A stretch of DNA of 49,180 bases, the filler included, from Bipalium vagum (Eukaryota): the NCBI GenBank assembly GCA_037834085.1. It is 2 parts of 2 records of this genome, joined end to end, with 100 filler letters (N's around TTAATTAATTAA, not from the genome) between each part and the next. Parts side by side here need not be neighbours in the genome. Positions count along the whole stretch, not along the records: positions 26,610 to 49,180 come from JBBMKC010219798.1; 1 more part is not named here. One strand, written 5' to 3'. Made by a program: the position numbers and the translations under genes. The notes beneath the pieces are model-generated. The model saw nothing but the letters and a program-made list of their open reading frames with translations, was not told the origin of the DNA and did not search any database. The number at the start of each line of letters is the position of its first letter. Positions within the stretch are counted from its first letter, which is position 1. Shown one piece after another: positions 26,610-36,818 of the stretch.

Positions 26610-26894
26610 TGCTGACCAGGGTTTTCCCTGGCACAGCGTTTTAATTAAGGAGTGGTGTTAGTGGACTGCCTGAGCAGTTTGTTTGTTTTTTTTTTGTTTG
26701 ACTGCCGATTGTTGCAGTTTGTTTGAGGTGACTGCCTGTTGCAGTTTGCTGTTGTAATTACAAGGGTCTTACCCTTATTTTATCAATATACTTTAAGATA
26801 TATTGTTTTAGTGTTTTTGGGTGCGAGCTCGATAGTTAAGCCCATAGCAACCTTAGTTAAGGTCAGATACGCTAGGGGGCAGGTTTGCGCCAAC
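26610..26894 (-). mobile_element. Probable LTR fragment (TGTTGGCG start, BEL/Pao-like), truncated at contig end
   Basis: Abrupt GC-richer block; minus strand begins TGTTGGCGCAAACC at 26894 and contains three imperfect AAACTGC...GGCAGTC repeats. Confidence 0.45.
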
Positions 26895-27599
26895 ACAGTC
26901 TATTTTATAATTTTCTTCTAGTATAACTGTTCTTATTAACTGTTCTAAAAAAATAAAATTTCCTTTTACTGATTATTTAGACCGTTTTTTATCGCTAAAC
27001 ATTACAGTTTTCGTTTAATACCACTTGGGTTGTCCAATTTGGTCCTTTTGCTTACAATATAAATTAATCCATAAAGTCTCTAAAGTCAATTTTACACCGT
27101 TCATTATTTTTAGTTCATGAAAAGAACTGAAAATTCTATAATCATCAATTGATTTGTTTATATTTAGACCGCAAAGATTCAAGAACGAATAGATAAAGAC
27201 GTTGTTGGTTCCCTGAAAGTAATTGTAAGCAATTTTATATATAATTATTTTCCTAATTTTTCATCAAATCCGTACTCATTATCCCTATCAGCTTGTTTTT
27301 GGCTTTTTGGTCATAGTGTTTTGAGTAGATTGAAGGAAAGTTTTGTAGCAATTAATTCTTTGACTTTGATGGAGAAATGAGTCACATAGAATATGAACTC
27401 ATTAAGAATTTCGTCAAGTATTATATCATTCTTTTATCTTATTTAACCAAACTGAATCTAATTCTGACTCCAAATTTTAAATTTGGATACTTCATATGAA
27501 CTTCTTCCAAGTGATCCATTGGCATTTTGTCATCAATGCCAGGAGAATTATTATTAACTTAGATCTCCGATTTAGACCTTTTTATTTTTTAAAACACAA

Positions 27600-28185
27600 A
27601 AGCCTGGTTTGGAGATTATTTGAAACTGCTGCGGAAAGCCAGGCCCACATTCTGAATCATTGTCCGTCACGTCCACAACACCCGACTATAAAACACAATC
27701 ACATGTTGGTCCTTCTATGGAAATCTTTAAAGGAAATAGAATTATATATGGACATCGATGTGACACCAATGGAATTGGAGACCCGACTGCGATTGAATTT
27801 GATCATAAGGATCCTTGGCAAACACCAGATCCATCTGGTGGAAGTTAGGGTTCATTATTATGATACCAAGCTATTTGTTGAAAATAAACAAGCCAAAATA
27901 AACAAGCGAAGTACCAAAACCTAGCTGTGAAATGGGAACTTGGTCCCGATCAATCGTTTCCCTCTGGACGTTTAATCTCGGGTGTCTGGGGTCTTGTAAC
28001 CCTGAAAATGACAGAATTTTCTAGAAATTAGGTCTGAAAGAAGACAAAATTAATAAAATATCTACGGATCTTGTAGTCTCTGCAATTGCACAAAGCTATC
28101 ACATATATCTCCAATATATTAAGACTCCTTTTATTCCCACTTCTTCTCTTGTTCTTTCCCTTCTATACTTATTTATAATAAAATC
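27600..28185 (+). mobile_element. 3' fragment of an RLE-type non-LTR retrotransposon (NeSL/R5/Utopia-like)
   Basis: Degenerate CCHC knuckle 'ESQAHILNHC...KHN', RPD-like 'RLRLNLII', 'HLVEVRV', 'AKINK..YQNLA', 'GCLGSCNPENDRIF*KLGL', then a pyrimidine-rich 3' UTR and AATAAA near 28177. Confidence 0.8.
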
Positions 28186-28570
28186 TTCACTGCTATTATC
28201 TATCGGTACTATTATAGGTGTGCAATTATGCACCTACATAGTTGGGGTGCATAATTGATTTGCTTTCTCTTTTTATGTCCCAGTGATTTGTGCTCAAATA
28301 CTGCCATTAGAGGTGTGCTTTGTACCAGTTATAGTCTTCACCATGTAAGGGAACCTATAATTGATTTTTATTTCATATAGAAAACAGCCTATTTTCTTAA
28401 TCTACTCTTCTTTTTATGAATGATGTACTTATTGCTTGACTTCCTTTATTTTAATTAAATGCTGTGAATGTCTTCGTATGTTCATGAGGATATATCTTTT
28501 CTTTTATTTCTAAAAAAACCAATTCAAGTGAGTAAAGTAAATCTTAACCAAACCAGTTGGAAGGAGAAAG

Positions 28571-29063
28571 ATGGCTTGTGAATTTCCCACCAATGATTCT
28601 CACATTATAAGAGACTTTCACCACATCTGAAACCGCGCCTTAAAGAAACCTGAACCTTTAATCAAGCAGTTGAACCCTCAAAGTAGATGCGACACGGATG
28701 GACCCATGGGAACGGTCACCTGAGTCTGATTCATCCATGAATCCCATCATACAAAGATTGGAGATCAGTGACTGGATAATGGTGGACCAAAGTCGACTGA
28801 TGATGACTAAGAAACATGGTCGAATTCCAGGGGAAGTACTAATTACCTATATGGGGTACCATATGATTGAATCCCATTGGGACAAATAATTAATATCGGA
28901 ACCTGATTATATCTCCATAGATGCCTAGATCGAGGATTGACCAGGAAACTAGGTTGATTTCTCATTGACACACAGAAAATGTCCCTATTGTTGATGTTGT
29001 TCCCTATGTTGATCTCCATAAGATATAAATCCTGTTTTCATCGCCAAAGTTAGTCTGGTCTAG
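28571..29063 (+). pseudogene. Orphan decayed intronless ORF, possible endogenous viral element
   Basis: About 490-nt GC-richer block from ATG 28571 to TAG 29063 with internal stops and frameshifts. No recognisable TE motif. Confidence 0.3.
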
Positions 29064-30199
29064 TTAAATAAAAGAAAAAAACAGGTGAAAAATAACTCAA
29101 AGATGTAGTCAATATATCAGAAACTAAATGAGGAAGAAACTTTATTTTGATGCACCATATATTGTGTGAGAGTCATCAATTGAAAAGAAAAGGAGATAAT
29201 TCAAGTGGTGGAAAAAATTAAAATAATGGCAATACAATTACAATAATTATTTATAATAATAATTATTTACACAAAATAGCATTTAGTATTTTTAGTTCTT
29301 TTTAATAAACATAATTCTCTTTATTTTTCAATCTTCTTCTCCATAATCATTAAATGATTCATAACTGTGGAGTGAATAAGGTGGAACTGTCAGGCAATCT
29401 CTCGGCTTAATCAACACATTCATTTTATCATTGAACATTGAAACATGACATCTTCAGAATTCTGATTAACATCTGTACATGGCACGCTCATTTTAACCGT
29501 TCCCTGTTCGAATGCACAATCGATATTTCGGCAAGCCTTTGCATCACAATAACTTTTGGAATTCAAAGCTAATTCTTACATGACTGCTTTAATGATTTTT
29601 TATGTTCATTTTACAATAATAAATAACTTCTAATAATAATAAATTTAGAATTTATCATCGGATATTTTTAATTATGATTTTGATCATTTTATGATCTTAC
29701 AAAGAAATTGTATTATGTGATAAATGTCTTTTTAATATTTTATTTGTGATTTTATTCATAATTTTTTAAAAATAATAAATTAAATAATGATAAGAAATAA
29801 TAAAAAGAAGTAATAAATAATTATTAAATTAATAAATAATATAAAATAATAATATAAATGATATAATACAAATGATATATAATAAGACATATCAACTAGA
29901 GGGCCAGCAGATGAAAGCAGAGGCGGATCTAAAAAAGAATATAAATAGATAGATAAATAAATAATAAATAAACATATGTAGGAGGAAGCTAGACCAGTCT
30001 GGTACCTGAAGGAAAGGAAATAATAAATCATAAAAATTGGCCTTCAAAATTCATAACTAAAATTTAAAGCGGAAATTTTGAAAATTAGAGTTTATCATAA
30101 CTCATTCAAGAAGCAAAGCGTAAGTGAATTATCACAGTCGCTTTAATTAACTAATTAATTAATTAAACAGAACGTGAATATAACTCCCCGTTTCTGTTA

Positions 30200-31118
30200 C
30201 GATCTAGTTATCAGATCCGAATTTTTTTACTTCAGGGCGTCTGCACATTTCCTCGTGTAGATTGATATCTTCTTTAATTATTTGGAATTAAATCAATTTG
30301 GAGATCCACTCGTTGAGTAGAGTTGATATATTGGCTCTCTGCGTCGACAAACACTTTAGCCGTTATGTTTGATTTGATCTGTTCGGTGAGATAGTCTTGG
30401 ATGGTATTTTGACGACAGTTCTGAAATATTCTCGACTGATCACAGCCGACGAGAACATGGGATAGAGTTTCCTCTGGTTCATCAGATCTTCGGCATCCTC
30501 TGAATGGTAGGCCGTGTCGAGCATTGATTTGGATAGAGTATGATCTGGCTCTATGTATGAAATTCCATGCAGAGATGGATATATTTCGCCATTGAGTATA
30601 GGTCTGGTGGAGATGAATGATTGACCAATTGAAGACGCGAAGCGACCAGCACTTGATTGATTATTCCAGTTGAATTTCCATGAATGATCGATTAGATGAT
30701 GAAGTCTTTTGGAAATTAATTTGGCATCCTTTGGTTTGACAAGTACCTCATTTTTATAGTCTGGATTAAGTTGTTGGAAGACTTTAAGGCAAATTCCATT
30801 TTCATTGAGTTGATATTTGACCGATATCTTGTGTCTCGTTTGCAATTGGTTAATTGGAACTGGTTTTTCTCCACCAACAATTTTGATGAAATTGGACATC
30901 TAGGTCCTTCTCAGGTCACTTAGGGATTCCCTAATCCCGATGGGTCCCCTTGATAAATCCTTTTGCGTAGACATATCCATGAGTTTTAACCTTGAATCTT
31001 TGAATTGCTGAAGTAGAAATTGATTCGTTGATTGAATTGTTGTTGGGCAAATTTCTTTTGATGTTGCGTCCCAAATAATTAGAATATTAAATTTTGTGAA
31101 ACTATATAAACTCTTCAA
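30200..31118 (-). pseudogene. Orphan interrupted ORF (>280 codons), possible RNA-virus-derived element
   Basis: ORFs 30900-31118 and 30363-30899 are one frame broken by a single TAG; a frameshifted continuation 'IKSNITAKVFVDAESQYINSTQRVDLQIDLIPNN' follows. No introns. Confidence 0.45.
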
Positions 31119-31490
31119 TTAACAAAATTTGATTAAAAAAAATCCAGTTATATATTTTTAAAAACTAATTGCACTTATCATGAATTCCTTGTCCAATTTT
31201 GTAGGTTCGAGTGATTTTATATCTAGTGATTTTAATAAATTTTATATAAGAGCTTCAAGTTTCATCATCTATTATATAATTTTTATTGTTAGACATTTTT
31301 CTTTCTTTATATATTTAATAAAGTTCTTAAAATGGTTAATAATAATTAAATAACTTAATCATTTTAATACTGAAATTTAAAATAACAATAGTTGAAAATT
31401 AAAATAGGGATATTTTAAAAATATTTTACAAAATAATTATTTTATTACTGATTTGTTTTAAAAATAAGTTTTTAGTAACGATTTTTGAAT

Positions 31491-32147
31491 ATGAATAAAG
31501 AATATGATTTAGAGCCACTTATTTTATCCTTGTGTAAATTTCGTGAAAAAGTTATTCAGCTAAGAGCACTAGTAGAATTTCAAGTATTATTTAAAAAGTA
31601 AAATTCTAGAATGTATTAGTCATTTAGTTTACGGATCACGAATGGTCTAAATATTTGAATATATTTGGATTGTTAGCCTCAGAATTGAATAACATTGTGA
31701 AAACAATGCTTACGGATAAGAATTTTCCGCTTGATAATTTGGCAATGATTCCTGTTGCACTCAGTCCAAATTCTGATTCTGTATTAATTAATTCAACACA
31801 AGATCGTATTAAAGCCTTTACTTATGAAGTTCCTCCTCAGTATTTACGTACTTTGCTAGACCCAAAGGTATGTTCCATTTAATTATTTTTAGTTATTCAA
31901 TCTATTCTAGGTTCAACATGCAAGGAAAGATCAATTAATTAAAGCCAATAATTTATCACAAGAAATTGTGTCTAAACAAAGTACATCAAATAAAGTTGTA
32001 GACAATGCAATCAAAGAGTTATCCTCGTTGAAAAGTCAAATTGACGTAGAAAGTCTGGATAAGCCAATGAAATCAGCCCAGTTAAATGAAATACAAGACT
32101 TATTTAATTGTATGGTAACCGGTAAAGGATTAAAACTAACAAAATAA
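31491..32147 (+). CDS. MED8: Mediator complex subunit 8, 3 exons, 189 aa
   Basis: Exons 31491-31583, 31628-31867, 31911-32147 with 44- and 43-nt GT-AG introns, all phase 0. 'WSKYLNIFGLLASELN...IPVALSP...TQDRIKAFTYEVPPQYLRTLLDPKV...MVTGKGL' matches the MED8 pattern W...F.LL..L / P..LSP / T..R...F..E..P..LRT..DP.V / GKGL. Confidence 0.88.
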
Positions 32148-34386
32148 AATCAATCAATTATAAATGATTTTTATCCTGACTGCTAAATTTTTTTATTTGA
32201 TGTGCAGCCATTTTTAATTTTATTTTTGCACGCTTATCGAGTTGTAAATTTTAACTCGTTTTTTCCAGTTTATGATGAATTTAATGTTCAAACATAGTTA
32301 GAGATGAAAATTATCTTTTATAGCTTCAGTATTGTAATAGAATTTAACTGAAATAACACTTTCTATATGGAAGAAATTACAGGAAAAAATTTCTAGATTT
32401 ACAGATCTCTTAAAAGTTTTTACACTAAATACACTTTCGTAACTACTGTATTCCTTAAAAACTTAGCGTAATCAATATTACAGTAATGTATTTATGAAGG
32501 CTTCTGATTTTGCCTCATTCCGTGTGTTATATTACTTTTAATTTAGTGTAGATTTGCTTAAAACAACAAAAAATTATTCTAAAAGGGATACAAACCAATG
32601 AAAAATTTAATGTTGCCCAAAAAATATCAAATAATTCATGGATTTTATGAAATTAACAGAAAACTTTATATTGGTTTATAATAAAAATATTGTAAACATA
32701 AACGAAAATATTAAGAGTTAAAATATCAAAAATTCCTAATTTCCAAAAGTAGCTTTTGAAAATCTTATCAGAAAACGAAAAAAATCGATCTCATTAAAAA
32801 TATATATGTATTTTCATTTGTTGAAAATATTAAGTTTTCAGATATTCAACGTATTTTAATGTACACATATAATTCAAATCCATAACGGTTTAAAAGCAGT
32901 GGCACCTGTTGAACGTAAGTGCAATTCACTGTATATTAAATATTTTACGATTTCAAATTTTGCGATTTTTTTGTTTTATTTGCTTTTAAGAATTCGAATT
33001 ATTTTCATTTTGATTTAATTATTTTGTACGACAGCAGATTTTGGTGTGCAGTCAGAAAGAGTTGATGTGAATATTGTCAAGTATTAAGAACAGAGAAGAG
33101 TTATGAAAAAAATTATTTATTTTTTTAGAATTAAAATTTTTTAAAAATTTTAGTTATTAATATTAGTTAAGTTATTTATTATTTTAGTTATCATAGTAAA
33201 ATATTGCTTATTAATAAATATAATATTGCTTATTATTTATAAATGGCCAGGGAAGATTTTTGGAAAAATATTTATGACATTGGATGTTTAAGAATTCGAT
33301 TAGAACAAAAATTCCTCGGGTCATCACAATCTTTTAAAATCAATTTATGATGATAATAGTCGAAATGTTGCTCAATGTTATTGTTGATATAAAAAATAGC
33401 TAAAGTTTTGAGTCAAAGTTGGTAATTTGATACAATTTGTTCAATATTTGGTGTATCGACTTTAACCTGACTCTAAATCTTAGGTGGTTCAAAATAACAA
33501 CACTTAGTAAAGAAATATAATTTGTATTTGTATCACAATGGTTTGCTCAAACTACAATAATAACAATAACACAAAATCGTCAAATTCAACAAAAGAATCT
33601 CCAGAAATTGCCAAAAATTAACCAAGAGTTAATCAAAACCAACAGTTAATGATAAATATTTAATTGAAGTTAATCAAACCTGAATAGAAAACAAACAAAA
33701 TGATAATAATTATCCGAGGAAAAGTTGTGAAGAGCTAGCCAATAAGGTGTTAGTCAATATAGAAACTATAACTAAATCAAATAGAGACTCTTCAGTAGAA
33801 ATTTGGATTCCATACCAGTTGATAAAAAATCACAATTCTTTAAAGATTAACCTTTGCAATTCAAAATTGATTTGTAATAGCAAGAACCAATCTCTTAAGC
33901 AAATAATAACATCCGATTAAAATTCACATAAAGGAAATCAAGCCTAGATGAATCAGTATTTCCAACTCAAAAACCAAATTTTCATAAAAAACATTACTTT
34001 TATTTGGTGGGAATTTAAAGGACCATGGCATTGGTAACTATGGGAATTGGGGCAATTCTATTAACAGACATTTCTTTTTTGGACAATTTAGATACTTTAA
34101 AACATGTTTTTGAAAAGAAAATGTTTCATATTTTAAGATTCCATTTCAAAATTTTCAATTGTGTTTAATTTAATTGGATCTATTTCGGTAAATGCACCAC
34201 CTGAAACAATTTTAGGTGTATCTAATAGAACTTTTGATGCTGATTTCAAATCTGTTTTTCGTTTTTTCTAGCAGTTCAGATAAATACAAAAAGAGTTAAT
34301 TATTTTTTATACATATTTTTATGATTGTTATACATTATATAATTACTCTTATTATTATTAAATACATAAGCGCAAAAATTCAAATT

Positions 34387-34590
34387 GTAGGGTTTTCCAA
34401 AGGTACGTCACCGATTATAATAATAATAATAACAATTAATAATTTCACTAGTATACGTCGACGCAGTAGCGTGTGCTCGTGTAACTGTAACTCTTCATGT
34501 TTACAACGTTGTGTTCATTTCTCTCAATAAAACCTTATCTACTGAATCAAAACACCCACGATAATACTCTATCCGCTCCCTGTGACCTGA
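34387..34590 (+). mobile_element. Possible solo LTR
   Basis: Starts TGTAGGG, CpG-containing block, AATAAA near 34526; a clean CA end and TSD were not found. Confidence 0.3.
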
Positions 34591-35709
34591 ATCAAAACTT
34601 TCACAAAAACCTTATTGGTAAACACAATCACAGCTAAATATAAAACCAACAATTTATCTATTGTTGGTTTATATATAAATCACCCCAAAAAACAATAATA
34701 ATAAGTCGTGATAACCAAAATGTCGAATAATAGCACAGCAAAAATAATTATAAAAATAAAATTCCTAATTATAAAGAGAGAATGAAAAAGATGATCACTA
34801 GGAGGAGGTACCGAAAAAAAATAAAATAAAGGTGTTCCCGGGTCGCCCTCTAGGTCCTTCACAGGCTGACTAGGGGTTCCCAAGCCCTCTGGGTACCCTT
34901 GCTAATTCCTTTTGCGTCGTTATATCCACTTGCGAGAAGAAAAACTTGGAATATGAATTTGGAAATAATCGTCTTCGGAGTTATGAAATCACTTGTGAAT
35001 TGTCACGATCTAATTTTAGTTGTCGAATTGTTACTGTCGAATTTAATTATTTCGACCAAGACTAGCATAGGATATCTCACATTGTCTGTTAATTAAGGGA
35101 AGATTTTGGTAGAAATAGGGAAAACGAAGCAATTAGATCCCCAAAAATTATTATCAAGGAGCAAATTTTGGAATTTGGAGGGTACTTGTCTTCAAAATGA
35201 TTATTTTAGAATCAGTATATAAGGAAAAGCATTTCCTCACAATTTCACCCTAAAAAATTTCATTCCTCAAGAAGCGTGCAAAATAAGATTATTGTATAAT
35301 ATTTTTCGATTCGTAGAAGATTATTGTTATTCAATTCTCAACGAGAAGATTATCGTTTATTATTTTCAACAATTATTTTTCATGCATATTAACAGTACTG
35401 GGATTATGCTTAAATTCCCCACCAGTGAGTTATCGGTTAGCAACCGTTAAGAAGTTTTAGCTGCAGGTTAACCGTAAGATATTTTGTTTAAAACTTTCAT
35501 TATTCTTTTAAATTGTTCATTATTAACTTTTTGGTGTTTTTATTATAATTAACTATTTAAGTTTGATTAACGTTCAATTAAAAATTTATCATTAACTGTT
35601 CGGTTTGATTAACTCTTGGTTAGTTTTTGACAATTACTATTTCTGGCGATTCTTTTGTTGAGTTTGACGATTTTGTGTTATTATTATCATTGTAGTTTTG
35701 GTAACGGTA

Positions 35710-36086
35710 CAGTGCAACTTCTATTTTGGATCACAAAATTTCAAAAGTGGTCCAATATTAGAAGACATAAAAAGGCTATAAAACATGTTTTATATGAAGT
35801 TATATGGATGTAATAATTTGCTGGGAAGATTCTTCATTGCTAAGTTGCTTGGCAATATTATATTTATCTTCATATGATAATTTTTTACTCATTCATGATT
35901 TTGAAAATCTTATATACTAAAATATTATTATAACAAATTATTAAAATTTTTGGACCAAGAATTTTATTTTTTATATGAAAACACCGAGAAATATGATAAG
36001 TACAAATTATTGGTTCAGATTTGGAGTTTGGTCCGTTTATAGAAGTGGTCCATTTCAGAAATTGGTCCAAAATAGAAGTTGCACTG
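35710..36086. mobile_element. 377-bp Tigger/pogo-type MITE
   Basis: Perfect TIRs CAGTGCAACTTCTATTTTGGA / TCCAAAATAGAAGTTGCACTG with TA flanks. Confidence 0.92.
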
Positions 36087-36818
36087 TATAGTATCTCCCC
36101 TGTTCGATTAAGCTTTATTTTTATTGGTTCATTTTCGCGAGGCAATCAAAAAACTGGGTATACTCTACCATAGCCTCTAAGAGCCGAAGTCAGGTTAAAG
36201 TTAACACACTAAATATTGACCAGTTCTAATTATTGGCCAGACACTGAAAAAATTTACTCCAAGAGGTAAATGATCTTACTCGTGACCTAGGACTTTCTAA
36301 GAGAAAAACAGAACTCTTAGACAATTAAAGATTTTGCACGATGATGTTAGTTCAAACCATTTTCAACAGAAATTTAAAATTGCTACAGGTTTTTAAAAAT
36401 AATTCTTTGTGCTATTGCTTTGACGCTAATTGTCTTTTTAAAGCTTTTAACCAAGCTCATTGTAAATGAATGATGTTTATTTATAGATGGTTCTAAGGTA
36501 AGCTTTAAAGTTTAAATAATTTTTTCAAATATAATAAATTTATGATTATAAAAAATTATTATTTTAATTAAAAATGATTTTAAAATTAAAAATTCCAATG
36601 GTATAATTACACTCATATTATTACCATCATTATTATTTAATTTTATAACAGGAAATTTTATTTAGAAAATTGGTCACCATTACATTTTACCAACATTGTT
36701 AAACTGAAGAAAAATATAAAAATCTAAATCATTTATAGAAATATATGAGAAACATTGGTTTTTCGTTTGTAATCTATTCTTAATAAATAGAAATCTATTT
36801 AAAGAAGCATGTCAAAAT

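Larger units (their letters stand above)
33437..36222. repeat. Pair of diverged inverted repeat arms
   Basis: About 33437-33490 matches revcomp about 36170-36222 (caatatttggtg...actttaacctgact); about 33548-33685 matches revcomp about 35550-35700 (aacacaaaatcgtcaaa...aaccaagagttaatcaaa...aacagttaatgataaat). Confidence 0.8.

Noticed and set aside
28790-28830. Hammerhead-like core CTGATGA-TGACTAA-GAAAC-ATG-GTC
   Set aside because: Stem I cannot pair, stems II and III are only 1-2 bp, and it lies inside a coding-like block.
29780-30031. Hydrophobic 83-aa ORF as a membrane peptide
   Set aside because: Translation of low-complexity AT-rich sequence.
30897-30902. Programmed stop-restart or readthrough at TAG-ATG
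   Set aside because: A further frameshift downstream shows decay; a nonsense mutation is simpler.
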